A stretch of DNA of 64,000 nt from Verrucomicrobiota bacterium (GTDB lineage Bacteria > Verrucomicrobiota > Verrucomicrobiia > Limisphaerales > SXTU01), in the NCBI GenBank assembly GCA_016871445.1, contig VHDH01000003.1, forward strand, positions 15,299 to 79,298. The letters run 5' to 3'. The position numbers and the translations under genes are program-made. Below are positions 1 through 7,863 of the stretch, in pieces (the first letter of the stretch is position 1; every line of letters begins with the position of its first letter). Under the pieces are notes generated by a model. The model was not told the origin of the DNA, searched no databases, and saw only the letters and a list, made by a program, of their open reading frames with translations.

Positions 1-364
1 CCTCTACGTGGATAAGCAGGTCACCGTCGGCGACCTTAAGGGCACGGTGGAAGCTGTTTTCAAAGACGTGCTCGGCAGCGATGTGAAGCTCCGCTTCCGC
101 CCGCATTACTTCAGCTACACCGAGCCGAGCCTGGAAATTGATTTCACCAACGCGCTCGTGAAGAAGCTCGGCAAGGACTGGCTCGAGATCGCCGGTTGCG
201 GGATGGTTCACCCGCAGGTCTTTGAAAACGTCGGCTACGATCCCGAGGTCTGGACCGGTTGGGCCTTCGGCTTCGGCATCGAACGCATCGCCATGCTTCG
301 CTACGGCATCACGGACATCCGTCTCTTCTACGAGAACGATGTGCGGTTTCTGCGGCAATTCTGA
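1..364 (+). CDS. pheS: Phenylalanine--tRNA ligase alpha subunit, C-terminal fragment (gene continues off the left edge)
   Basis: Frame is open to the window edge. The C-terminus [56 protein letters not shown] is the class-II synthetase motif-3 end typical of PheS. pheT follows 20 nt downstream. Confidence 0.9.
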   Translation, partial: LYVDKQVTVGDLKGTVEAVFKDVLGSDVKLRFRPHYFSYTEPSLEIDFTNALVKKLGKDWLEIAGCGMVHPQVFENVGYDPEVWTGWAFGFGIERIAMLRYGITDIRLFYENDVRFLRQF

Positions 365-384
365 ATATTAGATTTCCCTTAGAC

Positions 385-2814
385 ATGAAAGTCACCTTCA
401 ACTGGCTCAAGCAATACGTTGATTTCCACTGGTCGCCCGAGGAACTGGCGGAGCGGCTCACCATGCTCGGCCTCGAAGTCGAGGGCGTGCAGCGGCTCGG
501 CGGCGAGTTCGCGGGCGTCGTCGTCGCGCAGGTGCTTGCGAAGGACAAGGTCGCCGGCTCGGATAAGCTCTCCGTCAACCGAGTCCACGATGGCACCGGC
601 GAGCGCACCATCATCTGCGGTGCGCCAAACCACCAGCCGGGTGACAAGGTCGCGCTCATCCTGCCAAATTTTGCGCTGCCTTTGAAGGCCGGCGAGAAGG
701 AGCCGTTCGTCATCAAGGAGCGCAAGGTCTTTGGCGTCGTGAGCCAGGGCATGATGTGCTCGAAGAAGGAACTTGGCCTCGGTGAAGACGGCGACGGCAT
801 CATCATCTTGCCGGCGGATGCGAAGGTCGGTCAGCCCTTTGCCGAGCACTTGGGCCGCGCGGGCAGCGACGTGGTCTATGACCTCGAAGTCACGCCGAAC
901 CGGCCGGACCTCAACAGCGTTATTGGCATCGCGAGGGAGATTGCGGCGCTGACGGGGAACCCGCTGAGGATTCCGAAATGCGGAGTGCCGAATGCGCAAG
1001 GCGGAGTCCTGGATTCCGTTGCCGTGCGTCTCACAGAGCCGGAACTTTGCCCGCGTTACACCGCGCGCGTTGTGACGGGGGTGAAGGTCGGCCCCAGCCC
1101 GGACTGGCTGCGGCAGACGTTGGAAAAGGTCGGCATCCGCAGCATCAGCAACGTGGTGGACGTGACCAACTACGTGATGCTCGAAACCGGCCAGCCGCTG
1201 CACGCGTTCGACTATCACCTCATCGCCAAAAGCGCGGCTGGCAAGCCAACCATCGTCGTGCGGCGCGCCGCGGCGGAAGAGAAGTTCAAGACGCTTGATA
1301 ACCAAGAGCGCACGCTCACTAGCGACATGCTGCTCATCGCCGACGAGCAAAAAGGCATCGCGCTCGCCGGCATCATGGGTGGCGCGAACACGGAGATTCG
1401 CAATGACACGCGCGACGTGCTCATTGAGAGCGCCTACTTCACACCGCCAAACATCCGGCGCACGAGCAAGGCGCTGGGCTTGCGCAGCGAGTCCAGCTAT
1501 CGCTTCGAGCGCGGCTGTGACGTGGGCATCGCGGACTACGCGAGCCTACGCGCGGCGCAGCTCATTCTTCAAACTGCCGGCGGGACGCTCGTGCCCGGCG
1601 TGTTGGATGCGTATCCGCAGCCAGCGAAGGCGAAGGAGATTTCCCTGCGCTTTGCCAAGACGGATGCACTGCTCGGCGTCGCCATCGCGCCGGAGCGACA
1701 GGTCAAACTGCTCACGAGTCTGGGCTTGGGAGCATTGCCGATCACTGATGGCCAATCGGCAACCTTCTCCATCCCGACGTTCCGCGTGGATCTTAAGCGC
1801 GAGGTGGACCTCATCGAGGAAATCGCCCGCCTGTACGGCGTGGACAAAATCCCCAGCACCGCCCCGCGCGGAGCAGTTGGCGCGCATCCGTTTGACGCCG
1901 TGTATGACGAGATTGCCGCCGTGCGCCGGCTGCTCTCAGGCCTCGGGCTGAACGAAGCGCAGGGGCAAACGCTTGTTTCGAGTGCGGAATGTGGGATGCG
2001 GAGTGCGGAATGCGTGCCGCTGGCGAACCCGCTGAGTTCCGACATGGACGTGCTGCGGCCGTCGTTGCTGCCTGGGCTTATTCACTCGCTGCGCCACAAC
2101 TTGAACCGCAAGAACAACGACGTGGCGTTGTTCGAAATTGGCCGCGTGTTCACCAACGTGAATGGGCAGACGAAGGAGGAGCGCCGCGTTGCCATTGCGC
2201 TCACTGGCGCGCGGGCGCAGACGTTTTGGAGCGGCGACGACCGTGACGCGAAGTTCGACGCGATGGACCTCAAGGGCCTCGTCGAGAGTTTGCTGGAGCA
2301 CTTCGGCTTGCGTGGGGTGCAGTTTGCCAAGCGAGCCGAGCAACACGCGCTCTTCCTCGAATCGGCTGTCATCACGCTCGGCGGGAAGGTTCAACTCGGC
2401 GAACTCGGTCAACTCCTGCCCGCGCTCGCTAAGCAATACGATCTGCGGGACGCCGTGTTCCTCGCGGAGCTGCGGCTCGACGAGCTGCTCGCGCGCGGCA
2501 ACCGGAACAAGTCCTTCAAGCAGTTGCCGCAATTCCCCGCCAGCCGCCGCGACGTGGCGATACTTGTCCCCGAGGCCACGACGCACGACGCCGTGGGGCA
2601 AGCCGTGAAGCAGGCCAAGCCTGCGAATCTGGAGAGCGTGGAGTTGTTCGACATCTTCCGGGGGAAGAACGTGCCCGCTGGCCAGAAGAGCCTTGCTTAC
2701 GCCTTCACCTACCGTGCCGCCGACAAGACGCTGACCGACAACGATGTGAACGCGGCGCATGCGAAGGCGGTGGACGCGCTAAAGCAGAAACTCGGTGCAA
2801 CGGTGCGGGAGTAG
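385..2814 (+). CDS. pheT: Phenylalanine--tRNA ligase beta subunit
   Basis: ATG at 385 gives MKVTFNWLKQYVDF, the canonical PheT N-terminus. The ORF-track start at 259 would overlap pheS. The 809-aa length and conserved blocks (GAPN, VTPNRPD, GIMGG, RFERG, SRRDVA) fit PheT. Confidence 0.95.
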   Translation: MKVTFNWLKQYVDFHWSPEELAERLTMLGLEVEGVQRLGGEFAGVVVAQVLAKDKVAGSDKLSVNRVHDGTGERTIICGAPNHQPGDKVALILPNFALPLKAGEKEPFVIKERKVFGVVSQGMMCSKKELGLGEDGDGIIILPADAKVGQPFAEHLGRAGSDVVYDLEVTPNRPDLNSVIGIAREIAALTGNPLRIPKCGVPNAQGGVLDSVAVRLTEPELCPRYTARVVTGVKVGPSPDWLRQTLEKVGIRSISNVVDVTNYVMLETGQPLHAFDYHLIAKSAAGKPTIVVRRAAAEEKFKTLDNQERTLTSDMLLIADEQKGIALAGIMGGANTEIRNDTRDVLIESAYFTPPNIRRTSKALGLRSESSYRFERGCDVGIADYASLRAAQLILQTAGGTLVPGVLDAYPQPAKAKEISLRFAKTDALLGVAIAPERQVKLLTSLGLGALPITDGQSATFSIPTFRVDLKREVDLIEEIARLYGVDKIPSTAPRGAVGAHPFDAVYDEIAAVRRLLSGLGLNEAQGQTLVSSAECGMRSAECVPLANPLSSDMDVLRPSLLPGLIHSLRHNLNRKNNDVALFEIGRVFTNVNGQTKEERRVAIALTGARAQTFWSGDDRDAKFDAMDLKGLVESLLEHFGLRGVQFAKRAEQHALFLESAVITLGGKVQLGELGQLLPALAKQYDLRDAVFLAELRLDELLARGNRNKSFKQLPQFPASRRDVAILVPEATTHDAVGQAVKQAKPANLESVELFDIFRGKNVPAGQKSLAYAFTYRAADKTLTDNDVNAAHAKAVDALKQKLGATVRE
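968..1016 (+). repeat. Degenerate heptanucleotide-periodic array inside pheT (GGATTCC GAAATGC GGAGTGC CGAATGC GCAAGGC GGAGTCC TGGATTC)
   Basis: Read directly from the sequence: about 7 units with 7-nt period. It is bounded by the direct 8-mer GGATTCCG at 968-975 and 1011-1018, and translates as RIPKCGVPNAQGGVLDS. Confidence 0.6.
1980..2014 (+). repeat. Heptanucleotide tandem array inside pheT (GAGTGCG GAATGTG GGATGCG GAGTGCG GAATGCG)
   Basis: Five consecutive 7-nt units read from the sequence. They give the 7-aa periodic peptide SAECGMR-SAECVPL. Confidence 0.75.
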
Positions 2815-2845
2815 CGCGGCCGGTTTGAGGTTGGAAAAGCAAAAT

Positions 2846-2872
2846 GGGCGACGAAATTTTCGTCGCCCTTTT
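2846..2872. terminator. Probable bidirectional rho-independent terminator between convergent pheT and the desaturase gene
   Basis: Perfect hairpin GGGCGACGAAA-t-TTTCGTCGCCC followed by TTTT on the plus strand. It is preceded by AAAAT, which reads as a T-run on the minus strand. It lies between the pheT stop (2814) and the desaturase stop (2890). Confidence 0.65.
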
Positions 2873-2889
2873 GCGTCCTGAGGATTGGT

Positions 2890-4047
2890 TCAGGCTCCCG
2901 CTAGCACGGCGGAGAGCGCTGTCGAGTGGGCACGCTCCCATTCGCGAAAGGCGACAACGAGCTTCTCACGAGCCTCGCGAAACTCCCGGGTCAGCTCGGC
3001 TAACTTGTCTTTCGAGGCCTCAAGTTTCTTGTCCATCGCACGACGGTATTCCACTTCGAGTTTTTCCCAGTGTTCATATGCCTCGCGCAGGCGGGCTTGA
3101 ACGGCTTCAATTTGTGCGCGGAGCAACGCAGCTTGCGCAAGGGGCATTGCGGCCATCTTGGTAACGAGTTGACGCTGCTGCTCGGTGATCTCGGCGTGGC
3201 GGATTCGCTCCTCTGGCACGCGGCGAAGCTGCGAGGCAAGGCCGACTTTTGAGAGCAGCCAGATAGACCACTTGGTGGGGTCAAATTGCCAGGCCTTCAC
3301 GCCATTCCGGTAGTCGTGCTGAAAGGCGTGGTGGAAGTTGTGATAACCCTCGCCGAAGGTAAAGAACGCCATCAGCCAGTGGTCACGCGCAGTGCAGCGG
3401 TCTGAGTAGGGCTGTTTGCCTAGAGTGTGGCAGAGAGAGTTAATGAAAAAAGTGGAATGATGCACAAACACTGTGCGCGCCACACCGGCGATTAGGAACG
3501 CACCCAGCGCATCCTTGGCCCCGCCCCAATACCAGCCGATTAAGGCAGGCAGGGCGAACCCGGCCAGCAGGCCAATCAACACATAGTTCCGATGCTGCCA
3601 GCGCACGAGGGAGTCGCGCTCAAGATCCGGCACGCTCGCAAAAGACGGTGGCTCGCCCAGCTTGAAAATGATCCATCCCATGTGCGCGTGAAAGAAGCCC
3701 TTGGAGATGTCGTAGGGATCCTCCTCTCGGTCAGTGTGCTTGTGGTGCTGACGGTGGTCGGCACACCACGTCAATGCGGAATTTTCGAACGCGGCCGCGC
3801 CAAAGATGAGGGTAAGCAGCCGCACTGGCCAAGCCGCCTGAAAGGCGTGGTGGGAAAAAAGTCGGTGGTATCCAAGGGTGATGCTGAGGCCGGTTAAGAT
3901 GAAAAACAGCACGAACATGCCCGCGTGGAACCAAGACGGGCCGTAGAGCCAGAGGTAGGCGGGCACCGCCGTAAGGGTTACCGCCAGCGTCCCCAAAAGG
4001 AACACCGTGTTATACCAATCGACCTGCTGCCATGTGATTCGTGCCAT
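2890..4047 (-). CDS. Membrane acyl-CoA/acyl-lipid delta-9-type fatty acid desaturase with a C-terminal coiled-coil extension
   Basis: Three histidine boxes are present: HRLFSHH, HRQHHKHTD and HNFHHAFQHDY. The N-terminal hydrophobic segments are typical of the stearoyl-CoA desaturase family. ATG at 4047 (MARITWQQVDWYN) is preferred over the longer ORF start at 4182. Confidence 0.85.
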   Translation of the reverse strand: MARITWQQVDWYNTVFLLGTLAVTLTAVPAYLWLYGPSWFHAGMFVLFFILTGLSITLGYHRLFSHHAFQAAWPVRLLTLIFGAAAFENSALTWCADHRQHHKHTDREEDPYDISKGFFHAHMGWIIFKLGEPPSFASVPDLERDSLVRWQHRNYVLIGLLAGFALPALIGWYWGGAKDALGAFLIAGVARTVFVHHSTFFINSLCHTLGKQPYSDRCTARDHWLMAFFTFGEGYHNFHHAFQHDYRNGVKAWQFDPTKWSIWLLSKVGLASQLRRVPEERIRHAEITEQQRQLVTKMAAMPLAQAALLRAQIEAVQARLREAYEHWEKLEVEYRRAMDKKLEASKDKLAELTREFREAREKLVVAFREWERAHSTALSAVLAGA

Positions 4048-4210
4048 AATTTCTATTCCTAAGGTATACTGACGTTGCGGGCTAGGGAACCCAAGTAAAA
4101 ATATTAGCACAGCATTCTGGGGCACTAGTGGCGAAGTTTTGTTAAAATCCATTATCTGGCGAAGGGCCTTTACCCTTGCCAAGCCCGGAGGCCATTTCTA
4201 ACGTTTCGAC

Positions 4211-4612
4211 ATGGATTCGCAGTTGGCGCAATACGCGCCCGTCCTTCTCCTTCTTCTCGTGGCCCTCGCCATCGCCGGCGGCATCCTCGTGCTCTCGGAA
4301 ATTGCTGGGCGATTCTTTAATAAAAAAATAGCCGCCCGCACAACGCAGGTGAAGGATATCCCCTACGAGTGCGGTATGCTCCCCATCGGCGAAGGCAGCA
4401 CGCGCCTCTCAGTGAAGTTCTATCTCGTGGCAATGCTCTTTATCCTTTTCGATATCGAAGTCGTCTTCCTTTACCCATGGGCCATCGTTTATCGCGAGCA
4501 ACTTGCCCAAAACGCCACGCTCATTCTCGGCTCCATGGCGTCCTTCGTCGGCATTCTCTTCATCGGTTACTTCTACGCGCTCAAGAAGGGCGCGTTCGCA
4601 TGGAAAAGCTGA
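4211..4612 (+). CDS. nuoA: NADH-quinone oxidoreductase subunit A
   Basis: 133 aa with three TM segments and the conserved YECGM...KFYLVAMLFILFDIEVVFLYPWA block diagnostic of NuoA/ND3. Confidence 0.9.
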   Translation: MDSQLAQYAPVLLLLLVALAIAGGILVLSEIAGRFFNKKIAARTTQVKDIPYECGMLPIGEGSTRLSVKFYLVAMLFILFDIEVVFLYPWAIVYREQLAQNATLILGSMASFVGILFIGYFYALKKGAFAWKS

Positions 4613-4628
4613 TTTAAATACAGCTTTG

Positions 4629-4649
4629 CGAATGCGGAATGTGGCATCT
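4629..4649 (+). repeat. Short intergenic copy of the heptamer repeat family (CGAATGC GGAATGT GGCATCT)
   Basis: Three 7-nt units with the same unit sequence as the pheT array. They lie between the nuoA stop and its terminator hairpin. Confidence 0.5.
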
Positions 4650-4651
4650 CT

Positions 4652-4679
4652 GCCGGGTCAAACGCCCGGCCTTTTTTTG
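4652..4679 (+). terminator. Rho-independent terminator after nuoA
   Basis: GCCGGG-tcaaac-(g)CCCGGC stem-loop followed by a run of 7 T, about 40 nt after the nuoA stop. Confidence 0.7.
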
Positions 4680-4735
4680 TCGTCGTCAAACTTACTGTTG
4701 CTAATGACTAAACATTGCCTGCGGAGCCCCCTGCC

Positions 4736-6175
4736 ATGACACCCAACATCAAATTCGGCACCTCCGGCTGGCGGGGCCTCATCGCGCGTGACTTCACCTT
4801 CGACGGCGTTCGCCTTGCGGCCCAAGGCATCGCCGACTACCTAAAATCGGAAATCGGAAATCGGAAATCGGAAATCTCCAAGCGAAAGCCTGTAGTTATC
4901 CTCGGCCACGACACCCGTTTCCTCGGCCGCGAGTTCAGCCTCGCCGTCGCCGAAGTCCTCACCGCCAACGGCCTCATCTGCCTCCTTTGCCAGCGCGACG
5001 TCCCCACGCCCGTCATCTCCCACACCATCCGCGCCCGCAAGGCCATCGGCGGCATCAACATGACCGCCAGCCACAACCCGGCGGAATACCAGGGCCTCAA
5101 GTTCTCCACCTTCAACGGCGCGCCCGCCACCCCCGAAGTCACCAAGCAAATCGAAGCCAACATCGCCAAACGCCTGGCCGAGGGCTGGACCTTCAAGGCC
5201 GCCGTCGTCGGCACTTTCTCGTGCAAGACCATCGACCCGGTACCCGATTACTTTAAGCAGGTCCGCAAGCTGATCGACTTTACCACCGTCCGAAAAGCGA
5301 AGCTGAAAATCGCCGTCGAGCTGATGTACGGCACCGGTCGCGGCTACCTCGACACGCTCCTTGCTGAAGACGGCGGCGCAAAAATCACGACCTTCCACAA
5401 CGAGCTGAACCCGCTTTTCGGCGGCCATCACCCTGAGCCCGACGCCCACGGCATGGAAGAAGTCAGTAAGTTCGTCCTCGCGGGCAAAGCCCAGTTCGGC
5501 CTCGGCCTAGACGGCGATGCCGACCGCTTCGGCGTCGTGGACAAGAGTGGCGCTTGGCTCACGCCAAACCAGATTCTTGCCCTCGCGCTCTATCACTTGA
5601 AAAAGAACCGCGGCTGGACTGGCGCGGTCGTCCGCACCGTGCCCACGAGCCATCAGGTAGACGCCGTGGCCGAGTTGCTCGGCGTGAAACTCCACGAGAC
5701 GCCGGTGGGCTTCAAATACATCGGCGCACTCATGGAGAGCGAACCCATCATCGTCGGCGGCGAGGAAAGCGGCGGCCTCAGCGTGAAAGGCCACGTGCCC
5801 GAAAAGGACGGCGTGCTTGCCTGCCTGCTCATGGCCGAACTCGTTGCGACCGAGAAGAAATCCCTCGGCCAAATTCTCAGGGAAATCGAAAAACAGACCG
5901 GCGAATTCCACACCACGCGCATCAACGTCAAAATCAACCCCGAGACCAAGGACGCCCTGCTCGGCAAGCTCAAGGCTGGCCTCAGCGACGTGGGCGGCAT
6001 CTCGGTGGAGAAGTTCATCACCACCGACGGCTTTAAGTTCTTGCTGCCCAACCGCGAGTGGGTCGCCTTTCGCGCCAGCGGCACCGAGCCGCTCATCCGC
6101 TGCTACATCGAGGCCAAATCCGCCAAGCAAATGAGGAATCTGGAAGTGGCCTGCCGGAAGTTACTCGCTAGTTGA
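4736..6175 (+). CDS. Alpha-D-phosphohexomutase family protein (phosphoglucomutase/phosphomannomutase)
   Basis: Catalytic loop TASHNPAEYQGLK, metal-binding loop GLDGDADRFG, sugar-binding GGEESGG and N-terminal FGTSGWRG. ATG at 4736 is preferred over the TTG at 4715. Confidence 0.9.
   Translation: MTPNIKFGTSGWRGLIARDFTFDGVRLAAQGIADYLKSEIGNRKSEISKRKPVVILGHDTRFLGREFSLAVAEVLTANGLICLLCQRDVPTPVISHTIRARKAIGGINMTASHNPAEYQGLKFSTFNGAPATPEVTKQIEANIAKRLAEGWTFKAAVVGTFSCKTIDPVPDYFKQVRKLIDFTTVRKAKLKIAVELMYGTGRGYLDTLLAEDGGAKITTFHNELNPLFGGHHPEPDAHGMEEVSKFVLAGKAQFGLGLDGDADRFGVVDKSGAWLTPNQILALALYHLKKNRGWTGAVVRTVPTSHQVDAVAELLGVKLHETPVGFKYIGALMESEPIIVGGEESGGLSVKGHVPEKDGVLACLLMAELVATEKKSLGQILREIEKQTGEFHTTRINVKINPETKDALLGKLKAGLSDVGGISVEKFITTDGFKFLLPNREWVAFRASGTEPLIRCYIEAKSAKQMRNLEVACRKLLAS
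4844..4878 (+). repeat. Perfect 4x tandem heptamer AAATCGG plus one degenerate unit, inside the phosphohexomutase CDS
   Basis: AAATCGG occurs at 4844, 4851, 4858 and 4865, then AAATCTC. Translated in frame as KSEIGNRKSEISKRK. Confidence 0.9.
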
Positions 6176-6315
6176 TGCAACGCAGGAGAGTTCAACAAGC
6201 GATTGGGCTGGAGGATCTCACCTAGGCGAGTGGGCCGAGACTAGCAACGACTCACCCCGCTGGGCTGCTGACATGAGAGCATGTAGTTGGATGAGTAAAA
6301 TGAGACCACATGCCA

Positions 6316-7701
6316 TTAAGCATTTAGCAATGTGCGGATGGCCTGAGTCATTAAAGGATCAGCAGTGGCGGAGCAGTTAGCCACGCTGACTTCATATCCC
6401 CCTTGGGGAAAAGCCTCTTTTGTGGGGATATACCAAGCTCCGCCGTCACCATAAGCGGCCGTTGCTACGAAGCGCTGTGGCTGTGCCTCTTGAGCACGAA
6501 GTTGATACTCCACAAAGGATTCCGCCGGCAGATGCAGCAGAGTGATTTCGTTCACGTGCAAGGCGCTAAGCACGATCGGCTGTCGCTTCTCGATGCGCTC
6601 GATCCAAGCCACGCGCATGGCTGGACGGATGCGATTGGCTGGGATATTGGCCGGGTTCTCGATTAGGGCGGTCTCGTTTGCGTGGGTAAAGGCCGGGTTA
6701 ACTTCCGGTAAGATGTCCTGTGTGTGCCAAGAAACACGGCTTACGGGTTGCGGCTTTAGGTGGGTGGCGGCCAACTTGAGCCCATCATAAATGCGTTGCG
6801 TGAGTTGCACTCGCGCCTCAGGCGAGCCGTCGTTGTATTTACCTGCGGCGATGTTTCCAGCGGCTCCGGTGAAGTAAATGTGCGTGCAGCCGGGTTCTTC
6901 TTGTTGCAACCGCTTGCGAGCAAGGCCGGGGAAGTCGCTGCTCACGCGGCCCTTGGCGTAGTGGCTCATTGGGTGGCAAGCGTAATAGTGGCAACAAAGC
7001 ACTTTCTCGGTGCCACTGTAGAACGCCACACTCTTAAGCATTGGATCGATCAGGCCCTCCGGCAACGCCACCAACTCAGGGTCACGGCTGGAGCTGCCAC
7101 GCATCTTTTTCACTTTACCGTCCGGCCCTAGCAAGAGGCGGCGGTTGCCAGCTACCTTTTCAATGCGTGCCTCGGCCCGCGCCACATGGGTCAGCGGCCG
7201 CGCTTTTATCATTGCTGCTTTGACTGCGTTAACTCCGCGACGCAGACACTCTTGAAAAAAATCCACCTTCATGTTTGAGAGCCCTGCCGCCAGTTTTTGC
7301 AACAGTTGCTCAGTGCGCAGACAAACAAAGGGAGCGTCATGCTGATGAACGCACTGCACTGCCACGCGGTCAGGGGTGGTACCTGCTGCCTCTGCTAGAT
7401 TGGTGCGCCAGGCGAGATGCGCCTCATTGAGGATGCCTGTCCAGTCCACCGCACAGATCACGACCGGTTTGCCCATACCCAAGAGCACCCAGCCGATTGC
7501 CTCCAACGTGTCATCAACCTCTTCGGCAGGCTTGATCCACCCCCCGCAAAGCGGGTGACCTTGCGGCGGGGTAACATCAAAACGGAACGGTGCGATGGAC
7601 ATGCCCCCGGCTTCGGCTGCCAACGTGGGAGCTTCAAGCAAGGCGGTGAGGCTCGCTGCCATGGAACTCTGAAGGATTTTGCGACGACTTGGGTGGCTCA
7701 T
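6316..7701 (-). CDS. Tat-signal secreted protein of unknown function (weak resemblance to neutral-ceramidase-like hydrolases)
   Basis: 461-aa ORF from ATG 7701. The N-terminus MSHPSRRKILQSSMAASLTALLEAPTLAAEA is a twin-arginine-type signal. The fold assignment is only my recollection of similar Planctomycete proteins. Confidence 0.65.
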   Translation of the reverse strand: MSHPSRRKILQSSMAASLTALLEAPTLAAEAGGMSIAPFRFDVTPPQGHPLCGGWIKPAEEVDDTLEAIGWVLLGMGKPVVICAVDWTGILNEAHLAWRTNLAEAAGTTPDRVAVQCVHQHDAPFVCLRTEQLLQKLAAGLSNMKVDFFQECLRRGVNAVKAAMIKARPLTHVARAEARIEKVAGNRRLLLGPDGKVKKMRGSSSRDPELVALPEGLIDPMLKSVAFYSGTEKVLCCHYYACHPMSHYAKGRVSSDFPGLARKRLQQEEPGCTHIYFTGAAGNIAAGKYNDGSPEARVQLTQRIYDGLKLAATHLKPQPVSRVSWHTQDILPEVNPAFTHANETALIENPANIPANRIRPAMRVAWIERIEKRQPIVLSALHVNEITLLHLPAESFVEYQLRAQEAQPQRFVATAAYGDGGAWYIPTKEAFPQGGYEVSVANCSATADPLMTQAIRTLLNA

Positions 7702-7863
7702 GGGGGGTGTACGATTTGGCAATAAGGGGTGGGGCGTTTTTGAGATGCCATCTATTTAGGATTGAACGTAATTGTTTGGCTGCCTTTGCCGGAATTCAAG
7801 CTGGTTTGGAATTTTATGCTTCGGTCGGCGATTGTCGGATCGGTGGAGGCTCGCATCCGCTGT

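Noticed and set aside
259-384. Extended N-terminal starts offered by the ORF track. They affect pheT at 259, desaturase at 4182, helicase at 21866, M16 at 25120, the hypothetical at 32001, sulfatase at 31812, holB at 37105, nuoB at 44561, nuoM at 55417, the FAD oxidoreductase at 59730 and others.
   Set aside because: The extensions overlap upstream genes or divergent promoters. They lack homology-like sequence and precede internal ATGs that give canonical N-termini or signal peptides.
379-1350. Long antisense ORFs opposite well-supported genes. Examples are 379-1350(-), 1936-2760(-), 13580-15169(+), 23270-24289(+), 32001-33020(-), 42059-43168(-) and 60093-61142(-).
   Set aside because: Each lies fully inside a gene with strong family motifs on the other strand. 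Their translations are Arg/Ala/Gly/His-rich with no recognisable domains. This is typical of stop-codon-poor antisense frames in high-GC DNA.
4844-4878. Possibility that the short tandem arrays are CRISPR or minisatellite loci.
   Set aside because: The units are 7 nt with no spacers, the arrays are at most 50 nt, and no cas genes are present. They are simple tandem repeats, not CRISPR.
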